Part shown: piece after piece, positions 38,882 to 50,900 of the stretch
Layout: every line of letters starts with the position of its first letter
How positions within the stretch are numbered: the first letter of the stretch is position 1
Origin: Owenia fusiformis
Lineage: Eukaryota
DNA length: 64,000 nucleotides
Assembly (NCBI GenBank): GCA_903813345.2
Contig: CAIIXF020000001.1
Location: forward strand, 6,262,001 to 6,326,000
Reading direction: 5' to 3'
Made by a program: the position numbers and the translations under genes
The notes under the pieces: generated by a model
What the model saw: only the letters and a program-made list of their open reading frames with translations
The model's database searches: none
Told to the model about the DNA's origin: nothing

Positions 38882-39611
38882 CTTCTCTTAGTCTCTTCTC
38901 CACGAGCCACTTTTGAGGCGACACTATCTCTAGACGCATTTCATCATAATATATACTTTTCATATTTTGCTGGCAATTAATTTGCTTGATGACTGCTCCC
39001 TTAAGGCATCATCAAAACATTCTGGCTGTAATATATGTTTTTGCAATTCCTTTCTCATATAATAATTGAATTGAGGGCAAAAAGAAGTCATTTTAATAAC
39101 ACTTTATTTAAATTAGGCATAAGACTACAATCAAAATGATTACATTATTACTAATATTACAAGTATGGCCATACAATCAATTAGTGAGAGTGCAAATCAT
39201 TCTCTCCTTTTAGATGACAATTGGAACAAATATCTTCCAAGAATATTTTGATCATCGAAGACACGGTCTCTAATTTGTGAGTGTCGCTCGTGACACATGC
39301 ACGTCTATCTTTTTCAAAGTATCATTTTTAAACACAGGGTTAACAAAACGACACATTTGAAAGTTCAAAGACTCATCACATACAATACAGTTCTCTAGGC
39401 AAGTGTCATTACCTCCCCTGGTTTAAAGGTGACTTGACGCTTAGAATAAATATGGGTACTGTGTGCATTTTGTGCGCAGCAAAAGTCATTTTCCATTTAC
39501 TATAAAATGCTTACTCAAACGATATTTTATTACCTTTTCATGAATCCGAAATCCCTACTAAGATACACCACGATAATCGATTAGCAAATTGATACATACA
39601 TGCATATGGGC

Positions 39612-40414
39612 TTATAATAATAATAGGATTTTATTAGTACTGATGCCCTTTTAGGGCCAAACGTACATCCAATATACAATTTTCAATAACAGTAAATATA
39701 GCAATAAAGTAAAGAAAATAGGATTACATTCTTCAAATGACATATAAAATGTTACTTTGATATAAGAATCCTGTCTCTACCCATCATTAGATACTTTATC
39801 ATGTCAGCAGATTCTTTTAATATGATCCCCTCACTCGTCAATAGAAAAATTGTCTTTTGGTGGTCATTCATGTTTTTAAAATTACGACACAGGTTTTCAA
39901 GTTTTTCAATATGGTATTTTCTGATAAACTCCAATTTTTTACATTTGAATAAAAAGTGTGTTTCATCTTCTATAACCGAGTCCTTACATATTTTACAAAA
40001 TCGACTATTAAGATCAGTAATTGGTTTTGTATATCGGCCTCTCTCTATCTCTAGATTGTGGGCGCTTATACGTAATCTAGTTAAATGTTTAGCATTTGAA
40101 AGTGTCGTTTCTGAAAGGTAGTGTTCAAATCCAAAGTGCGATTTTAGTTGTTTAAATAATCTAAGTTTCCCCCCATTCCCACTTATCAGATTGTTCCAAT
40201 ATACTTGATATCTCTCTATTAATTTCTTTTTGACTTTAATAGCAAGCCTATTTGTGCTCATCTCTATGTTTACCCTATCTTCAAGATTCAATTCATCAGA
40301 CATTTTTATTTTAATATGGCACAGTATATTTTTGAGTTGTTTGTGCCATGTAAATGTGTTATTTGTTAAATCAAATGTTTTACTCATGATTAATGAATCG
40401 TTTAGTAAACTCAT
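39612..40414 (-). mobile_element. 5'-truncated non-LTR retrotransposon, 3' end (RTEX-like by resemblance)
   Basis: ORF 39752-40414 contains KLRLFKQLK..FEHYL..RLRISAHNLEIERGRY..RFCKICK..IEDETHFLFKC (post-RT CCHC region). On the minus strand, AATAAA is followed by a (TAT)n tail at ~39612-39633. Confidence 0.85.
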
Positions 40415-40784
40415 ATGTATTGTTCGTCAAATGGCCATGGACTGTCGCTTTTCTCTTTTTCAATTAAATTTTCTTTTGTACATGTTCCATCAGAGGTACA
40501 TGATTCCGTACACCAGAGATATCAGATACCATGTCAGAGTTACGGTTGTCATAGCAACCGGTGGTATTGGCACCTTAAGCAGTCGTTAATCATAACAAAG
40601 TATATATTGAACGTGAATGAGTTTGAAAGACACTAAATTGATGTACCTACCCAAATAATAGGTTTGTCATTATAAATGTCGATACCCAACGATAGGATGA
40701 CAGAAGACACATGCATTGAGGAAATCAAAGTCAGGTCAGCCATACTGAAAATAATTGGATTGAAAACTTCAGATCTCCATGGAA

Positions 40785-41060
40785 GACAGAGAGAACTGAT
40801 ATAATGGTGTATTTTGAATGAAATGTCACTGTAAAAAAACTTATCAGATGCTAAAGAAGTCATTTGGTGATGAAAAGGACTAACCAATGTCTACAGATGG
40901 TACAGTACAGAACGATTTCTGAAAAGCCGAGAAGATCTGCTGAGGATGCTTCACGTACAGGTGCTCCAAAAACAACACGCACAGCAGAGATGATTAAAGA
41001 AGTAGAGTAGCTGGTTATGGTTGATAAGACTGCCACTATTGAACATGAACTGGGCATTGG
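40785..41060 (+). pseudogene. Decayed mariner transposase N-terminal HTH region
   Basis: Frame-broken translation QRELI*WC..KTYQMLKKSFGDE..VYRWY..EDASRTGAPKT..EMIKEVE*LV..ELGIG follows the mariner HTH pattern. Confidence 0.65.
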
Positions 41061-41748
41061 TAATGAGCATGAAAATGGTTATTTAGAATAATTGTGACAT
41101 CATATATTCGAGGTGCTTCGGTATATAATATTTGTCCTTGGAGGTTTTAATCAGTGTGTCCAAAACTTTTCCAGGTATAGATAATACGAACATCCTCGAA
41201 ACTAAATAGACCATTGCTTACGCCCTAAATACCTTTCCTGTACTCATATCGATAGACCTGACTATAACAAAAATTAATCAATAAATGACCATATTCTTCT
41301 TTCCCAGTGGTAAAGTTACTTATAAAGCGAGTATATATCAATGAATCTATAAATATGATTTTTGTCAAGGACTGTATAATATGTTTCAAACTATTAGAAA
41401 CAGTCGGTTCTGCAATAGGGCATTAAATCTTAACGAAGCGTCTTTAGAAATTTTTGGTTGACACTAATGGCAAACACTACCAACCTACGACAAAGGAATA
41501 TAGCAGGTTTACTTCGGCTACTTACCTTCGTTTTTGCAAAAGCAATTCATTCTTTGGCCGATAAAGTAAATAAAAACTATGTGCAGACTCTCAGTGAAAG
41601 AACCTTCCTTTGAATTGAATATGTTTTAATGAACAGAGGCAACAATGCACATTTGGAGGTTGTACAGTGCAAGGAATGGGGTGGGTATGTTCAACCAGAC
41701 TCCCCTAACATAAGGACAACAGTATCCCAAAAAACATTCGAACTATAA

Positions 41749-42829
41749 ATGGATTTATCTAATATCCCAGTATATTGTAGGGCAATAATGGAGCATGTGG
41801 TATTTGTCAAAAGGCTTTTTCACCTGCAGACAACCAAGCGCATCGAGGACGTCCCAGAGCTATATCGCGAGCCAGGTATATGGACAGGGTATCGCAGTAT
41901 CAACAAGGATTGGCGTTACTATCTGATGAGTTTTTTCCAATTACACAATGAATCGTTGAATGTCTGGACACATCTCGGAACCTTCTTTATAGTGTCATAC
42001 TGATCTTGCTTTGCGTTGTGATCTTTCAAATCCATCATATGCTGGTATAGTTGGCTTTTGCATATTGTGTGCCGCCTATAGCTACATCAGCTCCATGGCC
42101 CATCTTCTTCACAGCAAATCAAATCTTGTTCATGTCTTTGTTTACCAGTTGGATTATGCTGGAATAGGGTTCTACACATTTGCTACAGGCTTGCTGACGT
42201 TTTACTACACGTGTGGTACGGGGATGTTCTCGATCCTATCGCCATACTACATTTACGGGAACGTTCTCCAATGCTGGTGTGTGTGCACTGGGTCCTCTTA
42301 CGTCAAACTCCGCTATGGGAGAAAAGACAACTTCAAACGGAGGCGGCTCCAGTCTTTATCGTACCTGCCAGGTGTTATATGGACATCCATTCCCTGGTGC
42401 AGTAGACTCTACGAATGTCTATCCAGTAATGAATGTGAATTACAATACTTCGCTACACATGCCCATTGTGCCAAGTGGTTCATCATCACGTGTTCTTTAT
42501 TTTTGAGCCATTTTCCAGAGAGGCTTTGGCCGGGCAGGTTTGACATAATAGGGCACAGTCACCAGTTGTTCCACATTGCTAACTGTATAACAGTGCTACA
42601 CCAAATATCGGTAGCTGAATATGAACTGAAGCATAGATCTCAGGAAGAAATAATCTTAATGCAGGGAGATTTGAAAACTATACTCGGAAGTATTGTACTC
42701 TGCATTATCATTAATGTTACATCCGTATTATTGCTCACGAAGGCCTTCTATGATATGATAAAAATGCCAGAAGATGACAGTTATAATGCTGAAAATAACA
42801 ATAGCAATCTGAAATACAAGTCCGATTAG
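41749..42829 (+). pseudogene. Intronless PAQR-family membrane progestin receptor (PAQR7/8-like) with one frameshift at ~41993-42000 (pseudogene, null allele or assembly error)
   Basis: Frame 1: VPELYREPGIWTGYR..SFFQLHNESLNVWTH, then TGA at 42001. Frame 2: SSMAHLLHSKS..LDYAGI..FPERLWPGRFDIIGHSHQLFH. The gap between frames is too short for an intron. Confidence 0.85.
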
Positions 42830-43166
42830 ACATCTGGAGTTGTATTTAAAGCATCAAAAGCTAGAGAGGGTAAAATGGTGAAATCAATCTTTCCAAAAAG
42901 CATGACCCCATTATCCTAATTATTTTCTTTTCTGAAAAAGGAATTATTATATCTTATGTTGATGTTTATTGAAGAAATGCAGAAATTACTGAATTCATTA
43001 GTGCTAAAAAATCTAGAAAGTCAAACGATTATCCTAATGATAGGAAAAATATCTAAAAGTTTAGGATTTTTAAGACTCTCTCCACTGTAAAATTATATCA
43101 ATAATTGGTATTGACATGGTTTATCAAATGGCATTTTTACTAGCTGTGTTGTTTCTCATTTTGATG

Positions 43167-43376
43167 TATTATACTTAGCTTGCATTCGCGAATGCAACTT
43201 TCGGCTGTCGGCTACCGGATTTATCTATTGCTTTATGACCAACTCATATAAACATGAATGGAATCCGAATAACGGCAGGTACTATTCATATTTAAATGAA
43301 TTCCACATAAAAATAGTAGGTTAATCGGTAGCCAACAGCCGAAAGTTGCATTCGCGAATACAAGCTAAGTATAATA
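43167..43376. mobile_element. MITE with ~50-bp TIRs and 4-bp direct repeat gatg
   Basis: gatg|tattatacttagcttgcattcgcgaatgcaactttcggctg ... cagccgaaagttgcattcgcgaatacaagctaagtataata|gatg. Confidence 0.85.
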
Positions 43377-44909
43377 GATGATAAATTTGCCCCGAACCCT
43401 CCATTTCCCATTGGATTACATGGGAATGACGATTTTCAAAAATTCATCAAAATCATCAATTTTCGACCTATTGTAATTGAGGAAAAAAATTGAGAAAATT
43501 TGGAGGTATTGGAAATAAAGTCAAGTTACGTTTCCATCAATATTATAAGTTATTTCATCGCCGGTTAAGTAAATAAAAATTCAAACGTAAAGAGGCTTTA
43601 ACACGTAGTTCAATGGGGGAAAAAAGGTTGCCAAACTTATTGAGGGGAGTGTATATAAATGAGTTGGTCATGAAATATTAGGTAAATCCGACATTTCTTA
43701 TGTTATTTTCATTGATATGTCCTATATAAGCTTTGTATATTGTAAAGGAGATGATTTAAGGATTCGGTAAAAGCTGTATTTTTGTATTTGATAGGACAGG
43801 AGGTCAGGAATTATCAACATGTCCCCTTAAAATTGTCATGAATGCAATGTTATGCCCATTTTGTCCACAACTCAAGATGTTTCATCAGGATTGGGTTTAC
43901 CAGCTACTTGCAGTTAGACTGGGCATCTGGTCAACTCGGACCTTAGACAACTTAAAACCCAAGTCAACCCAGATACTCGGACCCCGTCATATTCAAAGTA
44001 GATCAGAGGAACTTGCTAAATATTAATTTGGGAATATGTTTGATTCATTTTAGGATCGACTTAAAAGGAATTGATAACGTCCCTCCAAAACATATATTGA
44101 AAACGTATTATCAAGTTTGCCATAAATTTTCATCAAAATGACGAACGGAAATGACGAATGGAACATGGTCATGGCTTCACAGGGTGAAGGCAAATGCAAA
44201 ACAATTTAGAACGAAACCCACTATGGCCGTACGCCAGAAAAAGTTAATCAACATGTTCACCCCCCCCCCCCCCCCCCTCTCCCCTTAAGATTCAGGGCAG
44301 CAACATTTAATTCACATTGATTTTTTTTTACATTGAATTTTTTGTCAAATACTATTTGTTCGAGTAAACTAGGATCCGAGTTTACTAAGAACCCTATACT
44401 CCACGGTGCATTTAAGTAAAAAGAACTAATATAGTTTTTGCATTGTTTATTGCATAAAATACTTTCAACTTGCGTTCACAATATTACATAAATTGTGTAC
44501 ATGGGTGAAACTATACAAGTAAACTACACAATTTTGTCAAAACTTAAATTCTAAATATTATGGGTTAAGTAACTACTGCACATACGAAAACAAAATTATA
44601 AAGACATATAAAAAATTAATAATTATAAAAATATAGACACATTTGAAAAGTATACTGTTTGTTTACCATGTACAATGTGTTAATAAACATATCATTTTTA
44701 TAGACTTTAATTCAGTGACATAAGGTCTTAGCTTTCCTATGATTGACAATCCATAAAACCTATTAACGAATATATCTACACATTTTTTTAAAATTGTTAT
44801 CAGTTTGTAAAATTTTTATTTTGTTTTTATGATGCATGGTTAACGTGTATAATACAAAATGTCCTATATCATAGTCCTTGTCAGTTATCGCGGTCGTTAT
44901 CATATATCA

Positions 44910-47900
44910 TTATGCCTTCGCGCCCTTCTTCTTCTTAAAGAATTTCTTCTTGGGAGGAGTCTTTTTAAGTGGCTTCTTTTTTGGCTTTTGTGGTTTATTG
45001 ATAAACTCCTTCAAGTCATTTGTAAATTCGTCATCCTTGGGCTCAATAATGTTGCTATTGTATCTTGATAACTGAAAACATTTAACAAATTTTCACGCAA
45101 ATCCTTAAAAATAAATAATCTGATATTTTCTCAGACTGAGAGATCGGTTTTTGAGCTAAACACGGATAAATAATTAGCCTAAATTCATATCGAAATCTTT
45201 TGATATTGTCAGTCCACTCATCCATTTTCTTAATTCTAAATATCAAAAAACATTGGTAAGCATCTTATGCCTTGGTCACATTTGCTCCGATTTATTGGCC
45301 GGCGCCCGGCCGATTGCAATTGATTATTTTGTTCAAAATTGAAGGTCAAATCTGAGGTCAGATGTGAATTCCTGAGAACTTTTACATGATTTAAAAAAGT
45401 TTGGTCAATTTGAAGCAAGTTGAGAACAAAATACTGCAATCGACCGGGCACCGGCCGATGAATCGGATCATATGTGACCTAGGCATTAATAAGAAGCTAA
45501 ACTAGTATTCGAAGCCCAACTGAATTCCATACGTACCTTGCTAAGTGGATTATATTTAGGAACATCACACTGTCGACAGACAGACATTCCTACACCCGTG
45601 ATATCAGGTACACAATCACAAATTTGACAGGGAGATGGCTGTGTTCCTTTGGCAAGAGCACGGGACATGACAACCATTAACTTCTTCTGGCTGACGGGTC
45701 GGCCTCCCATCAAATGGTTTCTATCCCACACAGTACCATTGCTCTCCAAAGCAAGTGGGGCACACATGTCTTTAGGCTCAAGAATTTGAGATCTTAGTGA
45801 GGTATCACCCTTAAACTTTTTAATCAGGAGTTTGAAGTGTTTGTTGGTAAATACTTCGTCATTATCAAAACCTGAAAGCATAAAAACAAAAGTTAGTCCG
45901 ATGAAATCATAACTTAAATATCCTCGCAAACTCGGTCCAGCGATATTACATCATGGTTTTATAAAGTTTTGTGCAAATACAAAATGTGCATGTTCTTTGG
46001 CACTGTGTCGGGCGTTGCTATTTCTTACTAAATAACCGAAGGAGCCATTTCCCTTTCTTCTACATACCATAGATAAAGCTCTTGGCCTTCTTCTTGGTCT
46101 TGATCGCTAGAGCGTGGTCGAGGACCACATGGAAGCTAATGTCTCTCTCCAACATCAGATGCTGCATCTCACTATAAGTGGTAGGACCTTCTGTGCATGT
46201 ATCACATGTAACCAAGATGACTTCCCTGGCAGCTCCTGCACGGAATGGATACTTTGATGCAAACGCCAAAGCAGAAAGACCATCGACCTTAGTATCGGGC
46301 CTTGTGAAATCAAATGACTTGATTCCAATGAGAAGTTTAGTCTTCGGGGCAAACAATTCTCCATCCAATGTGTGAGAATGTGGTTTATTGTGTACACCCT
46401 CGCCTCCAAATCCAACAAGACCAAACTGAACATCACGCAAGCCTAAATGAATAATACAAACATTTGGTAACTAAACATCGTCAATTCATATTTTGTAAAT
46501 CAGCAAAACCTTAAACACCACTATATTATAAGTTATTGGATGATTTGAAGTGCAATACAGAATATATCCTGCTCGAGAAAATCGTATTGTAACGAGACGA
46601 AGTCGAGTGTCAGTGCAGAATATCGAGACAGAATATATCCTGTATTGCACTTCAAATCATTCAATAACGTTTTTATCGTGTGATCCTCTGTATTGCAACT
46701 GAGATTGTCCCCTCCGTACCAATATTTTCTGTATTGCGACGGAGATGATCAACGGGGACAATCTCAGTAGCAATACAGATTGGTACAGCACAAGAACTGA
46801 CCAATCAGAAGGCTTCATTTTACAGATCATACGATAATTAGTGATATTGTATCATTATGTTCACTCTCTCGGCTAGGTCAATACACACAACTCACCCATC
46901 TTCGCGAGGTTTCCAGTTGTTAAAACGGCGAGCTTGTTGAGGTTGGTAGCAATTTTCTTGTTGCACTCGGTCTCCTGAATGACGAATACTACGTCAACAG
47001 CATTCAGCAGAGTCTTCTTCGATAGGGTCACCTCTTGATCTTGCTTGATAACTTCTTTGTTAGGCATCTTACATGTAACTGTAAAAATCCATTCAGTTAA
47101 TGAGCCTTACATTAAACTATCAATAATGAATATAAGATGTCAGTTAAAGATTATAATGTAATTTAAAAAATATCTTTGCATACTGACCACACGACTTGGG
47201 CAGACTTAGTTCAAGTCCATGTACTTTGCAGTCAGTTAAGTATGCAGCTGCCGTATTGCAGGTATCAGCTTCAGAAACTGGTTTGTTGAGGAGCTCTAGG
47301 TCATTTAGGCACATGGTCATAAATGGTGCGGGGTCGGCCTATAACATCGGAATAGTTAATAAATTACAATTAGAAATGGATTTTTTTATCAAAACAAAGC
47401 AACATTTATACCAAAGCTGAAATTGGCAAGAATTAAAAGAACAATTGAATATGATAAAACGGATAACATTAGTGCAAAAACTAATCTCTACACTGTTTTC
47501 CTCAATGTATGTACTTACTATAAGTAATATTTCACAAAATTATGCTGAGACATTTCTCGTGAAATACACACTAAAGTGAAGGGAACATAACTATTCATAT
47601 TTGTTCGAGTTTGCCACGGGATGTACCTATTTAAGCATACCTGTTTGAAACATGGACGGAATGGCGAGTTGGTGTCTTTGAATAAAGCAGCACATGTCTG
47701 GTATTGCACACTGTTCTCTCTAAAGTCAGCCTCTACTGCAATGTTAGCACCTGAGGACTTGCACTGGTACCCTACATCCCAGCTGTTGGCAAAGTCACTC
47801 ACAGTGCTCTGGGGCTCGCGGTCGGGTGATAGCCAGTCATTCTTTGCTTCATTATCATATGTGCCAAACAAACCTGTAAATTTATTTTTGCACAATTGAA

Positions 47901-50900
47901 GATCCATTGCAGACAAGACCAAACATCGATTAAAATAAATATTCGTCCAATTCATGTTACACTTCCAAAATCTATATATACACCATTCACCGACTGAACT
48001 GACATCCATAATTATGCAACGTACCTGCTGTTTTTCCATGGTACCATCCTGACATGTAAACCATGCAGAAATCATGAGGTAGATCGCATTTCACAGTAAG
48101 TCCCCTACTGTTGCTTATTACAATCATATTGCCATGACGTACGGCAGTTGTGTTCTTAAACCCAATGGGGAGCTCGGCCTTTCTACTGTCTAGTTTCACC
48201 TGAAACGTTTCATAGTCATTGTCACATGGAATAATGAAATATATATTTCAAAGCGTTGTCTGCCTGATCAGGAGCTAGTTATATTGCAAATCGACAAACT
48301 TCCCCCATTAAGGTATATAGTTTATTTCAAACTCAGTACCTACCCTGTAGTCAGATTGGATTTCAATCTGCTTCTCATTACTGATAACAAGGATTGACTT
48401 CAGTAGAGCCTTGGGAGTCTTCTTGTAATTAACTACTACAGAGAAGTTGTTGTTTTCGAAGTCATGGGCAAGAAGATAGCTGCACTCTCCAGCAAACTCA
48501 TAGAATTTCTTGTCAAATGTCATGTAATGTTGTCTGCCAGCCATCAAGGCATGGGCTGAAAAATACATGATTTAAATCCTTATCATTCACTGACGAGTGA
48601 TTGCGAGATATGGAGACATTGATCAAGGAATGTATATATACACATACCTTAATTGGAGTCCATGACTAATTCAGCTATTCCACACATACACTTTAGTAGT
48701 TTCAAAGTCAAAGTTCAGTGGAAGGAAATCACTTTTTTGATGATGATGTCAAACGGTTGTTAAATATCGATTTTTCACAAAACTTACTGTCATACGGTGG
48801 TAGCATCACCAATGGGTTGGTAGCGAGTGGCTTGTACGAGTAATAAGTGTCCCAGAGACTGAAATCCTTATCAGGCATCATACTGGCGACCCTCCTCTTT
48901 ATGTTCTCCCATCTGTTAGTCAACTTGTTGATGTATTTCTGCATGTTTGGCATTTCTGTCGGGAGCTTTATATCCTTCAACTCGAATGGAACATGTGCTT
49001 GGACTTTGATTTCACCATTTTGTGGGTCGAATCTGACAACTTTGTATTCATCAAAGTGTAGATATTGGTCAGCGATGTTGTAAAGATGTTTCTTTGCTAA
49101 TGGTTTCCAGTTGTTATACAGTTGCTTCAGTGCATCAACTATGGTTTCTTCTATCTGCCAGTACTCATACGCCCATGTTCCCTAAAATAATTATTTTTAC
49201 AAGTGTACTTGCACTTTTGCGTGTAACAAATACCATTCGGATAACGGATTATAGTGGATGCACAGTCTAAACAAAATAATCGAAGCTAACTAACCTGCTG
49301 GTATGCAGAATTTGCCAATTCCTTTGCATATTTGACATGTGGATGAGACAGTGCAGATTGAACTTGACTCTGGATCTTTGACCTGACCCTATATAAGATC
49401 TCATTGTATTTATCAGCAAATGTGTCAATATGATCATCTAAGTTCATATCATCCGCCCAATCCTTCACAGTCTGTGTATGAGGATGCGTCTTCACATAGT
49501 CTAGGAACTCTAAAAAATAAATTAATCATACTGACCAGTTCACAAAATTCAATGAAATAAAAATTGTAAAGGTTGATGCAGTTTTATGACGCCTATATGA
49601 AAAGCACAGCTATTAACTACATACCAGATAACTTATCCTTGGCGTAGGTCACAAATGCATAGTTCATAGGGTACCAAGTTGGTGTGATTGAAGCCAAATA
49701 ACCATTAAGATTGTTCCTATAGGCCTACAATATCGAAATACATGTTGTTCATTAAACTGCTTGATTTTGGAAAATAAATAAATGTAAGGACTTTAAAAAA
49801 GAAAAGTAAACCAGATTTGGTGTCAGGTGTTCTCAACACTGCTACAGACGTCACAGGGAAAAACGAATTGATATTGCAACTGTTGATACTATGGTGTAAT
49901 ATAATATGATATGCCTAGTATGCCTACCTCAAGTGATTCCATGGCATTCTGTCTCATATCGCTCATGTATTCTGCTGCCTCATCGGTTTTTCTATTCCAG
50001 GTTTCCTTCAAGTAACGTTTACCCTGTTCAAGCGATAGTGAATAGTCTTCAACTAAGTACTTTATCTTAGCAGCCAAGCTGTTGAACCTGTTTCTAATGT
50101 CTTCCCCTGTCTTTGCGAACAGTTCAGACATCAAAGATGATGTGTATTCTGAGTATGTTCTGCAAATAAATATGACATAATATGAATAAACTGTGATCAA
50201 GCAATCATCGGTTCAAACTGATTTATTATTGTCAGAGATGCCGCCAAGAGAACTTTAGATACAGTTTTCTATTTTTATTAATGTAAAAGGCAATGTATAA
50301 TTAAATAGGATGGGTGACAATCTGCCAGACTTCATATGAGTTGGATACTACTTTACCTAATGTAGTCGAGAGCAGTTCGCGACATCTGGTATATATCATA
50401 GGCAAAGAACTCATTAGTAGAATACATGTCATTCATCGCAGTGTTGGCCTTTTCTACGATGTTACTCCAGGCCCGTGATCTGGAAGTCAAGCGCTTCCTT
50501 TGGGACATCTCAGAGCTGAAACTTTCCTTCATGTCTTGCAGAGACTCCATGATCTCTGGTCGTCTAGCATTTATCGCTTCCTGTAAGACAAGGATAATAA
50601 GACCGATATACACCAGCCCAGATGACGAGCTTAAACAATATTTAGGTGAGAAGAGAATTATCAATGAGATAAAGTTATATGTTATATATTGTCATCATTG
50701 AGTTATATTTGATTCCTTCAAAAGGTTGTTGTCTCTCACGTCTTCTGACCTTAAGTATTTTGAACCATACCTTTACTTCACTGAAGAAATCTGGATTCCA
50801 AGTTAATCTTGAACTGAGAAGATGTGAGCTGCTCAGTTTAGTCTTCATCAATGAGTCAGAGCGGCGGGTGCCATCTACTAGGCGATATGCCTCGAGCTCA

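Noticed and set aside
39603-40417. catatg as TSD of the truncated LINE
   Set aside because: Short, palindromic and not flush with the tail; probably chance.
44260-44277. C18 homopolymer as a G-quadruplex element
   Set aside because: Isolated homopolymer with no supporting context, and its length is unreliable in assemblies.
49625-49640. Apparent non-canonical donor (G|ATAAGT) in the lipoprotein gene
   Set aside because: The frame stays open to a canonical in-phase G|GTATGT donor 12 nt further on (exon end 49625).
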